Origin: Vicugna vicugna
Taxonomy: Eukaryota
Assembly: GCA_013265495.1 (NCBI GenBank)
Contig: MU057865.1
Span: 1,240,001-1,273,679 of the forward strand
Reading direction: 5' to 3'
DNA length: 33,679 bases
Shown here: one piece after another, positions 24,986 through 33,679 of the stretch
Layout of the letters: each line of letters starts with the position of its first letter
Numbering within the stretch: the stretch's first letter is position 1
Translations under genes and position numbers: made by a program
The notes under the pieces: generated by a model
Told to the model about the DNA's origin: nothing
Seen by the model: only the letters and a program-made list of their open reading frames with translations
Databases searched by the model: none

Positions 24986-25021
24986 ATTTATAGAGAGATG
25001 ACTGACATATATTATTAGTTT

Positions 25022-25661
25022 TGAGACAGGAGGGAAGGGGGCAGGGCACCGCCATTCAAGGAATGACACAGCAATTAACACCAAAATAGTGGAAGACTCA
25101 ACTCCCAACAGGCCTTGAGGCTCAAGATGGTCGGAGATTTGACTTCTGGTAGAACTTGAGCTTCATTATGCACTCACTGTTATATACTAGCGTGGTGAAT
25201 CACATGCCCACAGGCGCCATGGCCGTTTCAAGGCTGACCATAAAGGTCAAAGAGTGGGAAACGGTGAACTTCCTGGGAATCCCAGCCCCTTCCCTGGGGT
25301 GGTTGGAATGATCCTCCCACTTGTTAGCATATGAAGCTACCAAGCCCATAAAAACTGGCAACACCGTGCCGCACGGCCGCCTGTCTCACTCCCTCCTCTC
25401 CAGAGACGGCCTGCACTCTGTCTATGGAGTGTGTACCTACTTTTACTCTAATCTGAGCCCCCAACCCCCGCACCTCATGGCCTTTCTCTTGCCTTTCAAT
25501 GTGTCTCTCTGAATAAATCTACCTTCACTCAATTGTGGCTCGCTCTTGAATTCTTTCCTGCAGAAGCCAAGGACCCACACCTGGTGGGGCACATCCCAGG
25601 GGCTCCACCGAGACCTGGGACACAGCCCTCCTCATGCCTCACATTCATTTTCCCTGCATCA
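25022..25661 (+). mobile_element. MER41-like ERV1 solo LTR inserted in the L1 3'UTR
   Basis: TG...CA ends. MER41-type blocks 'cccacaggcgccatggccgttt', 'cactctgtctatggagt', 'aataaa..ttcact..tgtggctcgctcttgaattctttcctgc..agccaaggaccc'. TATA-like 'cataaaaa' near 25347. It splits L1 'tagttt|caggtgtac'. Confidence 0.85.
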
Positions 25662-25755
25662 TCTTCAGGTGTACAACACAAAGTTTCAATGTATGTATAT
25701 GCTGTGAAATGATAACTGTAACAACTCTAGTTAACATTCATCACCACATACAGTT

Positions 25756-25776
25756 TGTGTGTGTGTGTGTGTGTGT
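25756..25776. repeat. (TG)10 microsatellite
   Basis: Seen directly in the sequence. Confidence 0.9.
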
Positions 25777-27344
25777 AGTCAGAATTTTTAAGATCTATCC
25801 TCTTAGCAACTTTCAAATATACAACACAATTTTATTAACTATGATCACCATGCTGTACATCATACGTAGATTATATCCTCAACACATTATATGTACATTA
25901 TATCCAAGACATTTATTTTTATAACTAGAAGCTTGCAAACTTTGATCACCTTTACCCATTCCACCCACGCCCCAGCCCCTGCCTCAGGCAACCACGAATC
26001 TGCTCTCTGTAGCTAGGAGTTCAGGATTGTTCTTTTTTTTTTTTTAAAGTATGCAAATATACCTCTTTCAAGGGAAGACTGGGAGATGGGCATTTCTGTC
26101 TGTTTCCTCTGCCGTGAGCCCTGGGGTAATAGCCAGTTAAGAACTGTTTTATTGTTTGCTGCAGTGCTGTTAAACCTGTGAACACAAACCCCACGGGCCA
26201 CCAGAGCCAGGCTCTCAAGGGATGTGTCCTCTGAGCAGCAGCCTTAAAAGCTGGGACAAGAAAAGTATGCGAAACTGGAGACACTGGCAACCCTGGGTGG
26301 GGCAGAGGGAGAGCATGAAGATGGCAGAAGCCTCCAGAGAGAACTACAGTTAACCCCCAGATGTGTGTTTAATCAGCTCTCAGTAGGTATGAAATACCTA
26401 ATAGACCTCTTTGATGGGAAACGGGGTGCTTCTCTTACTGGAGGTAGGTGGGGAAGCTGGCTAAGAACGATTTCTCTATTTTTTACTCTCTTGTGGGCTC
26501 ACAGATGTAAACCCTGCTGGTTACCAGGGCTGGATAAATCAAGGGCTGTGCCCTGGGTGGCAGCTGCAAAAGCCAGAGCCCCAGATGTGTGCACAGGCTT
26601 CTTCCTGGGAGACAAGAGCAACCTGGAGCAAGGTGGCAGGGGAGAGGGTGGATGGCACACGCTGGTCTCTGTGATCTTTGCTGAGCATTTCAGTAAGCCC
26701 CTAGATGTGTGTTAAATTAGATGCCTGCCCCCACCCCCGCCCCAGACAAACTCTTTGAAGATTAGGCAAATAGGACTTCTGCAGAGAAAGACTGGGCAAG
26801 TTTCAGTTGGAAGTGTCTGCATTGCGTCCTGGGGATCCGATCTGCATGAGACTTTTAAGAACTGTTTCTCAGTTCGATCTAGCCTTTTGGGTCTCATGGA
26901 TGCAAACCCTGTTGGTTTTCAAAGTTAGATGCGATAGGGAGGCCCATCTCTCAGGTGCAGGTCTTAAAAGATGGGGAGTCGGATGTGGGGCTGGAAAACT
27001 TCACTGCTCAGGGTGACACTGAGAGTTGTGAGTTTCCCCTTCTGATTGTGGGTTTCCGTACCAGGGGTGGGTTTATGATGAAATTCTGTCTCAGGCTCTC
27101 CTACCCATTTCAGTGTGCATTTTTTTCTCATTGACCCCACTATTTCTTGGGTTTCTTTCAGAGAGAGCTGTTCGTTCTGCATGTAGCTTGTAGATTCAGC
27201 ATATCTGTGGGAGGAAGTGAGTTCGGACCTTCCTATGTTGCCATCTTGAACAAGAACCTCTAAAGCCATCTTAATATAATTATAAATCCATTTTATCCCA
27301 AACTATATTATAAATATTTTCAATAAATATAAACAACTTTATTT

Positions 27345-27442
27345 ATTTATTTATTTATTAAACATTTTTGATTGATTTATAATCATTTTACAATGTTGTG
27401 TCAAATTCCAGTGTTCAGCACAATTTTTCAGTCATACAATGT
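27345..27442 (-). mobile_element. Young L1 3' terminus of about 100 bp with a (TTTA)n tail
   Basis: Same 3' end as the copies at 63 and 32186. TSD acaactttattt (27333-27344) / acaattttcttt (27443-27454). The target reads TT/AAAG on the minus strand. Confidence 0.9.
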
Positions 27443-28739
27443 ACAATTTTCTTTAATCATTTTCATACATAAGATCATATGAATAAACCATGATACATTT
27501 AACCAGCTCCCTAACTGGGTATGAGTCATTCTCAGATTTATGAGACTATAAAGCACACATTTTATAAATATCTTTGCCCAGAATTTCTTATCAATGGCCT
27601 AAAGATAAGTTCCTAAAAATATAATTATGGGTCAAAGGGCATACTTACTTTTAAACTTTCATTTATTGCCAACTGTCCCTCTTGAAAAGAAGCAACAATT
27701 TAGTCTCTCAACAGCAATGTGTAAAAGCTGTATTTTTCTTTAGACTTGTTGTTCTATTATTACTGAAAAAAAAAACCAAAACTTTGCCTGTGAGATAAGG
27801 AATACATTGCATCTCATTTTAATGTAGCTGTGTAGGTATTTCAGCTTTGGAACTTCCAACTGCTTTTATAACTAATTTTTACTGTTCTAAATATATGCAA
27901 ATATATGTTAACAGGTAATTTTTATAGTAATATTTTTAAAATTTGTGTGACTTCAGGAGAAATTGTGAATTTGGAATTTGCATCTAGTTACACCTAGATG
28001 CATATAATCATCTAAACCTCATACCTCTGAGTACGGAGCTGGAATAACACATTGCTTCCACTTGCTCTCATAGGAGAACTGAAAACCTGGGGCTTCAAAT
28101 CACTTCCTCTCGTATCTTCTCAAAAAACCATGCGATTTATCGCATCTTCGTACAAAACCCATTACCCAACAACTTAAAATTGGGAAACCGTGTGTTTAAA
28201 TGCCAACTCTCTGAACGTGAACAGGTAAATAATTGTTGGATAGTGACTTCTTGAAAACAATTTCAGATCTCTTCTTTAGAAACATTGACAGAGTATCTTT
28301 GAAATCTTTCCAGAGGTTTGAAATATCTCTATTTCACTTTGAAGATAGAAGCAGCCCTCATTTTCCTAAAGGGAATGTTAAATTAGGTGCCCCTTCTTCT
28401 TCTCCAGCTCCAGGGAAATTGTGTTCCCTGCCAATGACCCTGATCTGTAATTTTTAAAACAAAGCAGCATTTAGTCTTGACTTTAAACTAACATAGAAAT
28501 AGCCTAAAACTCATAGTAGTAAATGTTGAAATCTTATCCCATGCTGGCCAATTCTAGCATACGTCACTGTTTGCCTAACTGGATCTTTCTTAGCCTTCAA
28601 ATATTAGCTTATTTTTATATCATCTCAGTGGACTTTCCCTACTGCCCAGTAGAAAGTGAGTTCTTTGCTACTGCCCCTCAGAGCACTCTGCTTTTATTTT
28701 TTCTCCTCCTAGTATTTACCAACACTCTGTTGTCTGACT

Positions 28740-29224
28740 TGAGCATCCCTCAGAGATATCACAGGTCTGGTTCCAGACCACCACGGTAAAACAAATATCA
28801 TGATTAAGTGAGTCACACATTTTTCTTGTTGTTGTTTCACAGTGCATATAGAAGTTGTGTGTAACCTATAGTCTATAAAGTTTGCAAAAGTATCATGGAT
28901 TAAAAAAAACAACATGCATAATTAAAAAAAAACACTTAATTGCTAAAATGTTCTAACCATTATCTGAGCCTTCAGTAGGTCAAATGAAAACCATCAAAGA
29001 TCACTGATCACGGATCATCATAACAAATAATAATAAGGAAAAGTTAGAAATATTGTGAGAATTAACAGAAGATGCCACAGAGAAGCAAAGTGCACAAAAT
29101 GCCTTTGACAAGATGTTGCTGGTAGAGTTGCCTGATGCAAGGTTTGCCACAGACGTTCAACTTGCAAAAAGCACAGGATCTCTGAAGTGCAATAATGTGA
29201 AACACGATAAAATGAGTGTGTCTG
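28740..29224 (-). mobile_element. Tigger1 internal-deletion derivative (Tigger1a-like)
   Basis: 'gcatccctcagagatatcacaggtctggttccagaccacc' and 'tctgaagtgcaataatgtgaaacacgataaaatgagtgtgtctg' are the two Tigger1 ends, joined near 28980. Confidence 0.9.
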
Positions 29225-29940
29225 CAGACTGGCTGTGTCGTCCCTGACTATACTGTGCTTTCTGTGAGGGTAGGTCCCACAGCTCTTCTCCCATGTTAGT
29301 ACCTGCACCTAAATTATGGATGGATAAATGGAATTAATTTGGATTTAATGCGGATAGGGGAACCATGCAGGTTGGCAGTACCATTCTCCATGAAACAATG
29401 AATCTACGAAAAGACACTCTTAAAGATGAGTTTTCTACAACTTAAATAGTATATATCTTAACACAGTGGAGCACGATGCTAAAATTCTATTCAAGAAATG
29501 TGCATAGATTAACAATGAGTTTGATTCGATAATAAAGTAAAATGCAAGAAAATAAGATGCTGTTACAATCTGTGTACACATTTGAGATGCTGTTCTGGAG
29601 AACAACCACTGTCCCTCTGATCTAACTTCAAAGATATGAATGAGGCTGGAGAATGAGGGGGTAACCTTGTCCCTGATGTGAATGTAAGACTGACTATGCC
29701 AAATCACAGAGGGAAATAAATCATAATTTAAACAGCATAAAGTAACTGATTTTTTAAAGAGATTTCAGACCTATATTTCTTAATATATTGCTAAATTAGG
29801 ATTATAGAGCAAGGCTAAGGAATGAGTTTATTTGAAAGTCATGCCCTAGTTTTAGCAAAGGAAAACAAAACAATTCTGCATTTAAATTATTAATTTAAAT
29901 CCGCCAGTTAAATATCAACTTGAAAATCTAAGTCAACTGT

Positions 29941-30133
29941 CTCATCCAAAGAACATGTGGATGAGACAATTCATTCTGAGGCACAGTGCTTTCCTACTGC
30001 GAATCTGTGAAACCAAACTAGTTTTGTGCTTCCAAGACACAATGGTGGGACAGACATAGAATAGAGATCTCCACTCCACAAGTGAGAAATAGGATAAAAG
30101 AAATGGGATAATAGGTCCTAAGCAAGTCCAAAA
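29941..30133 (-). mobile_element. MaLR (MLT1) internal-region fragment, 5' part
   Basis: 'attcattctgaggca', 'tgtgcttccaagacacaatggtgggacagacatagaatagag', 'aggtcctaagcaagtccaaaac'. Confidence 0.75.
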
Positions 30134-30149
30134 CATTAAGACCCACTGT

Positions 30150-30344
30150 TTTCATGGCTACTGGGACGCAATGAATGTATTCATGCAAGAAGAACAAGAA
30201 TTTGGGGGGCCAGGGGTAGACTGCTACATACAATCTGACTGTTGTGTCTCCCCAAAATCTAATCATTGAAACCTAACTCCCCATGTGTTGCTATTAGGAG
30301 GTGGGGCCTTTGGGACGTGATTAGATCACGAGGGAAGAGCCCTC
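30150..30344 (+). mobile_element. MLT1 internal 3' end with polypurine tract, then the 5' part of an MLT1A-like LTR (from 30222), cut by the L1/HAL1 insertion
   Basis: 'gaatttggggggccaggggtagac|tgcta..tgtgtctccccaaaat..ttgaaacctaactcccc..tattaggaggtggggcctttggga..gagccctc'. Confidence 0.85.
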
Positions 30345-30437
30345 TTTTTATTTTTAAGCTGGATTGATTAATTTTTTTATTGTTAATTTTCTCTTCAATG
30401 ATTTGGAAGCTATATTGCCTTTGTTTTTCCATTTTAC

Positions 30438-31137
30438 TTTTTTTTTATTGAGTAATATTTATTTTAATAATTTTAGATGTNNNNNNNNNNNNNNNNNNNN
30501 NNNNNNNNNNNNNNNNNNNNNNNNNNNNNNNNNNNNNNNNNNNNNNNNNNNNNNNNNNNNNNNNNNNNNNNNNNNNNNNNNNNNNNNNNNNNNNNNNNNN
30601 NNNNNNNNNNNNNNNNNNNNNNNNNNNNNNNNNNNNNNNNNNNNNNNNNNNNNNNNNNNNNNNNNNNNNNNNNNNNNNNNNNNNNNNNNNNNNNNNNNNN
30701 NNNNNNNNNNNNNNNNNNNNNNNNNNNNNNNNNNNNNNNNNNNNNNNNNNNNNNNNTTTTTTTTTTTTTAGATTCCACATATGAGCGATCTCATATGGTA
30801 TTTTTCTTTCTCTTTCTGGCTTACTTCACTTAGAATGACATTCTTCAGTAGCATCCATGTTCCTGCAAATGGCATTATGTTGTCGGTTTTTATGTGTGAG
30901 TAGTATTCCATCGTAGAAATATATCACATCTTCTTTACTCAGTCATCTGTTGATGGACATTTAGGCTGTTTCCATGTCTTGGCTATTGTAAATAGTGCTG
31001 TTATGAACATTGGGGTGCAGGTGTCATTTTGAAGTAGGGTTCCTTCTGAATATATGCACACGAGCAGGATTACTGGGTCACATGGTAAGTCTATTCCTAG
31101 TCTTTTGAGGAATCTCCATACTGTTTTCCACAGTGGC
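30438..31137 (-). mobile_element. Young L1 3' segment (end of ORF2 plus 3'UTR), partly in the 30481-30756 gap
   Basis: 'agattccacatatgagcgatctc...ctgttttccacagtggc'. Near-identical to 32455-32616. Confidence 0.85.
30481..30756. other. Assembly gap (N run)
   Basis: Run of N. Confidence 1.
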
Positions 31138-32107
31138 TTTCCTTGCTTCCCTCTCCTACTCTTAATGATTTCGATGTCTTCTTTTACAACTTTGTGTTTA
31201 TTCTATTTGTAATTCATAGCAGTTATCGCCTTTCCAGTTATGAGTTTCTCATTTCTGTAGCATCCTGCTTCTTTTCTATTTAGAGTAGGCCTGTCAATAT
31301 TTCTTTTAGCATGGGTTTAGTGTTGCTAAACTCTTTTAGTTTTTGGTTGTCTGTGAAGTTCTTTGTCTCTCCTTCTATTCTAAAGGATAGCCTTGCTGGA
31401 TAGAGTATACTAGGCTGCATCTTTTTGTCATTCAGGACTTTGAATATATCTTGCCACTCCCTTCTGGCCGGTAGTGTTTGTGTAGAGAAATCAGCTGAGA
31501 GTCTTATGGAGGTTCCATTGTAACTCACTCTTTGTTTTTCTCTTGTGGCCTTTAGGATCATTTCTTTATCCTTGACTCTGGCCATCTTGATTATGATATG
31601 TCTTGGTATGGGTCTGTTTGGGTTCTTCCTATTTGGGACCCTCTGAGCCTCCTGTACTTGGATATCTGATTCCTTTAGGTTTGGGAAGTTTTCAGTCATG
31701 ATTTCTTCAAATACCTTTTCAATCACCTTTATTTTTCCTTCCTCTACTGGAACCCCTATTATGCGTAGATTGGCACACTTTATATTATCCCATAGGTCCC
31801 TTATATTGTTTTCACTGCTTTTAATTTGTTTTTCTCGCAGCTCTTCTGATTGGGTAATTTCTGTTGTCCTGTCTTCTAGGTCACTTATTCGTTCCTCTGC
31901 ATTATCTAGCCTGCTTTGTACAGCCTTTAGGTCAGCTCTCATCTCAGCAAAGGAGTTTACTAATTCTACTTGGTTCTTCTTTATAGCTTCAATTTCATTT
32001 TTGACATATTTTGTATCTCTAGACACTATATCTTTTAGTTCCTTCAGTACTTTGATCACTCCTTTTTTGAAATCTTGATCTAGTAGGCCATCAATGTCTA
32101 TTTCCTT

Positions 32108-32616
32108 TTTTTTNNNNNNNNNNNNNNNNNNNNNNNNNNNNNNNNNNNNNNNNNNNNNNNNNNNNNNNNNNNNNNNNNNNNNNNNTGTTCAGCACAATTT
32201 TTCAGTCATTCATGGACATATACACACTCATTGTCACATTTTTTTCTCTGTGAGTTATCATAACATTTTGTGTATATTTCCCTGTGCTATACAGTGTAAT
32301 CTTGTTTATCTATTCTACAATTTTGAAATCCCAGTCTATCCCTTCCCACCCTCCACCCCCCTGGTAACCACAAGTCTGTATTCTCTGTCTATGAGTCTAT
32401 TTCTGTCCTGTATTTACGCTTTGTTTTTGTTTGTTTGTTTGTTTTTGTTTTTGTTTTTTAGATTCCACATATGAGAGATCTCATATGGTATTTTTCTTTC
32501 TCTTTCTGGCTTACTTCACTTAGAATGACATTCTCCAGGAGCATCCATGTTGCTGCAAATGGCATTATGTTGTCAGTTTTTGTGGCTGAATAGTATTCCA
32601 TTGTATAATTATACCA
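32108..32616 (-). mobile_element. Very young 5'-truncated L1 inserted into ORF1
   Basis: Perfect 16-bp TSD caatgtctatttcctt at 32092-32107 and 32617-32632, a poly-T tail and the young L1 3'UTR. Confidence 0.95.
32114..32185. other. Assembly gap (N run)
   Basis: Run of N. Confidence 1.
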
Positions 32617-33679
32617 CAATGTCTATTTCCTTGATCGTGCTTTCAGGGGATTTCTCTTGATCTTTTAATTGGGAGTGGTTCCTCTGCTTCTTCATATTGC
32701 TCATAGCTCTCTGGCACTGTGTCTGAAGGAGTATCAGTTATCTAGTCCTCCTGGAGACGGTTGCTCTAATGATTTTATCGAGAGGTCTTTGTGTATTCGC
32801 CTTTTTCATGTACTCAGCTTGCTGTTTCCAGAGGCCCTCTGCTGGCACCCTTGTCTGTGCTGCTCCCAGTGGCTGTTGGCTAGCAGATCGTGCCCCCTCC
32901 CAGCACCATGGTCAGGTGCTGTGTTCCTGCCAGGAAGGTGGGGGGCCACCCACCCTCTCCTGGCACCAGTTGCTCCACTGCTCTATGCAGCTGCCTGCTC
33001 CATCTCGGGTCAGCAATCCATAGGCAGGCTCAGGAAGACCGCGGAACCACCCTGCCCCTGCTCTGTGCCAAATCTCAGCTCCTTGTTTGCCTTGGCAGTG
33101 CAAGTTCTCTGGGTGCCAGGGTGGAAAGATCCTATCTGCCTCAGGTTGTAACCAAGTCTCAGTCCTGCCCAGGAGGTGCAGAGCCCCTGGGTGTGGATTC
33201 AGGTCTCAGCCCCACACCTGCCTGGGTGCTGTGCATGGGAGGAGATGGCAGCTGTGGCTTGCCCCACCTCTCTTCTCATGAGAAGTGCCAGTAATGGCAG
33301 CCCAGGTCTGCGGAGACAAAGGCTATGGCACCCCTACCCCCAGGGCACACCAACTGTGTTGCTTTGCATTTTTCACAATTTATGGGGGACTGAGGTTGTT
33401 CTGCTCTGTATCCCCTCTCAGCCATGGCACGTAGCACCCTGCAGTCCCCTGGGGCTGCCTCAGTGCAGCCATTCCTGTCCTCCAGCCAGCTCAGGCGGCT
33501 GGTCCCGGCCCCCAGCTGCCAGCTTGCGTCTCGTGTTGGGTGTCACGGGGACACTTTGTGCCCGTTTAACTCAGTTCTGTTGGTCAAGGGGTGCTCGGGG
33601 CAGTTCTGAGCCTCAGAGGCTCCTGCTCTGTCCTGCTGGCCTCTCCATTGGAGGGGGGAGACCCAGTGAACGAGCACCA

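Larger units (their letters stand above)
24929..27260 (-). mobile_element. Laurasiatherian-type L1 made of a 5'UTR (26046-27260) joined directly to a 3'UTR (24929-26045), with no ORF1 or ORF2
   Basis: The 5' end GAGGTTCTTGTTCAAGATGGC carries a YY1 site (27240-27248). The 3'UTR has 'caggtgtacaaca..ttttaagatctatcctcttagcaactttcaaatatacaa..ggcaaccacgaatctg'. Putative decayed TSD taaatttcatctt (24916-24928) / taaagccatctt (27261-27272). Confidence 0.75.
24795..27830 (-). mobile_element. Old L1ME 3' region (pieces at about 24795-24915 and 27273-27830) hosting nested insertions
   Basis: 'aaaatcgcccgtaatctgaccatgcagaaataagcac', 'agataagttcctaaaaatataattatgggtcaaagggcat', 'ctctcaacagcaatgtgtaaaag'. 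Confidence 0.65.
31280..32704 (-). pseudogene. L1 ORF1p (RNA-binding/chaperone protein) disrupted by an L1 insertion at 32108-32616
   Basis: The 259-aa ORF at 31280-32059 has coiled-coil heptads and the motifs NLRIIGVP.EE, ENFPNL, PRHIIIK, REKQ, ARR and YPARLSF. The N-terminus MSNMKKQRNHSQLKDQEKSPESTI (32704-32633) is in frame once the insertion is removed. Confidence 0.95.
30345..33679 (-). mobile_element. L1-derived element with 5'UTR, ORF1 and inter-ORF spacer but no ORF2 (HAL1-like); 5' end lies beyond the window
   Basis: GC-rich 5'UTR 32705-33679, ORF1 32704-31280, spacer 31279-31138, then L1 3'-end sequence and a T-rich end at the MLT1A junction. Only about 0.9 kb separates the ORF1 stop from the flank. 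Confidence 0.75.

Noticed and set aside
26013..27269. Short ORFs within the mid-age L1 5'UTR
   Set aside because: They lie in repeat-derived non-coding sequence and show no ORF1 or ORF2 similarity.
31698..32078. 126-aa plus-strand ORF
   Set aside because: Antisense shadow of L1 ORF1; low-complexity S/L/I/F composition with no independent support.
32669..33609. Several overlapping plus-strand ORFs of up to 160 aa in the L1 5'UTR (possible ORF0 analogue)
   Set aside because: GC-rich, stop-poor sequence opens ORFs in all frames; there is no recognisable domain or evidence of translation.
1..33679. Prokaryotic-type systems (CRISPR arrays, operons, defence or IS elements) or a host protein-coding gene
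   Set aside because: The sequence is mammalian, repeat-rich and non-coding. There is no repeat-spacer array, and no ORF other than L1 ORF1 resembles a known protein.

Overview
This is mammalian (eutherian) non-coding DNA. It is probably camelid (alpaca or camel), inferred from the young L1 3' ends and the lack of Alu, B1, Bov or PRE SINEs. I see no host protein-coding exon. The window is a mosaic of ancient repeats (L2, MIR, L1ME/MD, MLT1/MLT2, MER21, Charlie4a, MER5A, MER94), mid-age elements (Tigger1/2 derivatives, MER4-group and MER41-like solo LTRs, a Laurasiatherian-type L1) and young L1 insertions, and all three assembly gaps fall inside young L1 3' ends. The only real coding sequence is an L1 ORF1p on the minus strand. 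It is split by a younger L1 with a perfect 16-bp target-site duplication (TSD) and reads as an intact 299-aa ORF once that insertion is removed; its host element has no ORF2 (HAL1/half-L1-like). Other notable structures are: a nested cluster at 24.8-27.8 kb with an ORF-less 5'UTR-3'UTR L1, a 25-nt tailless U6 retrocopy and a MER41-like LTR; two divergent solo LTRs; and a repeat-poor block at about 19-24 kb with PBX/HOX/MEIS and GATA/RUNX/ETS motif clusters. Repeat family names come from recalled consensus sequences, not a database search, and boundaries of old repeats are approximate.
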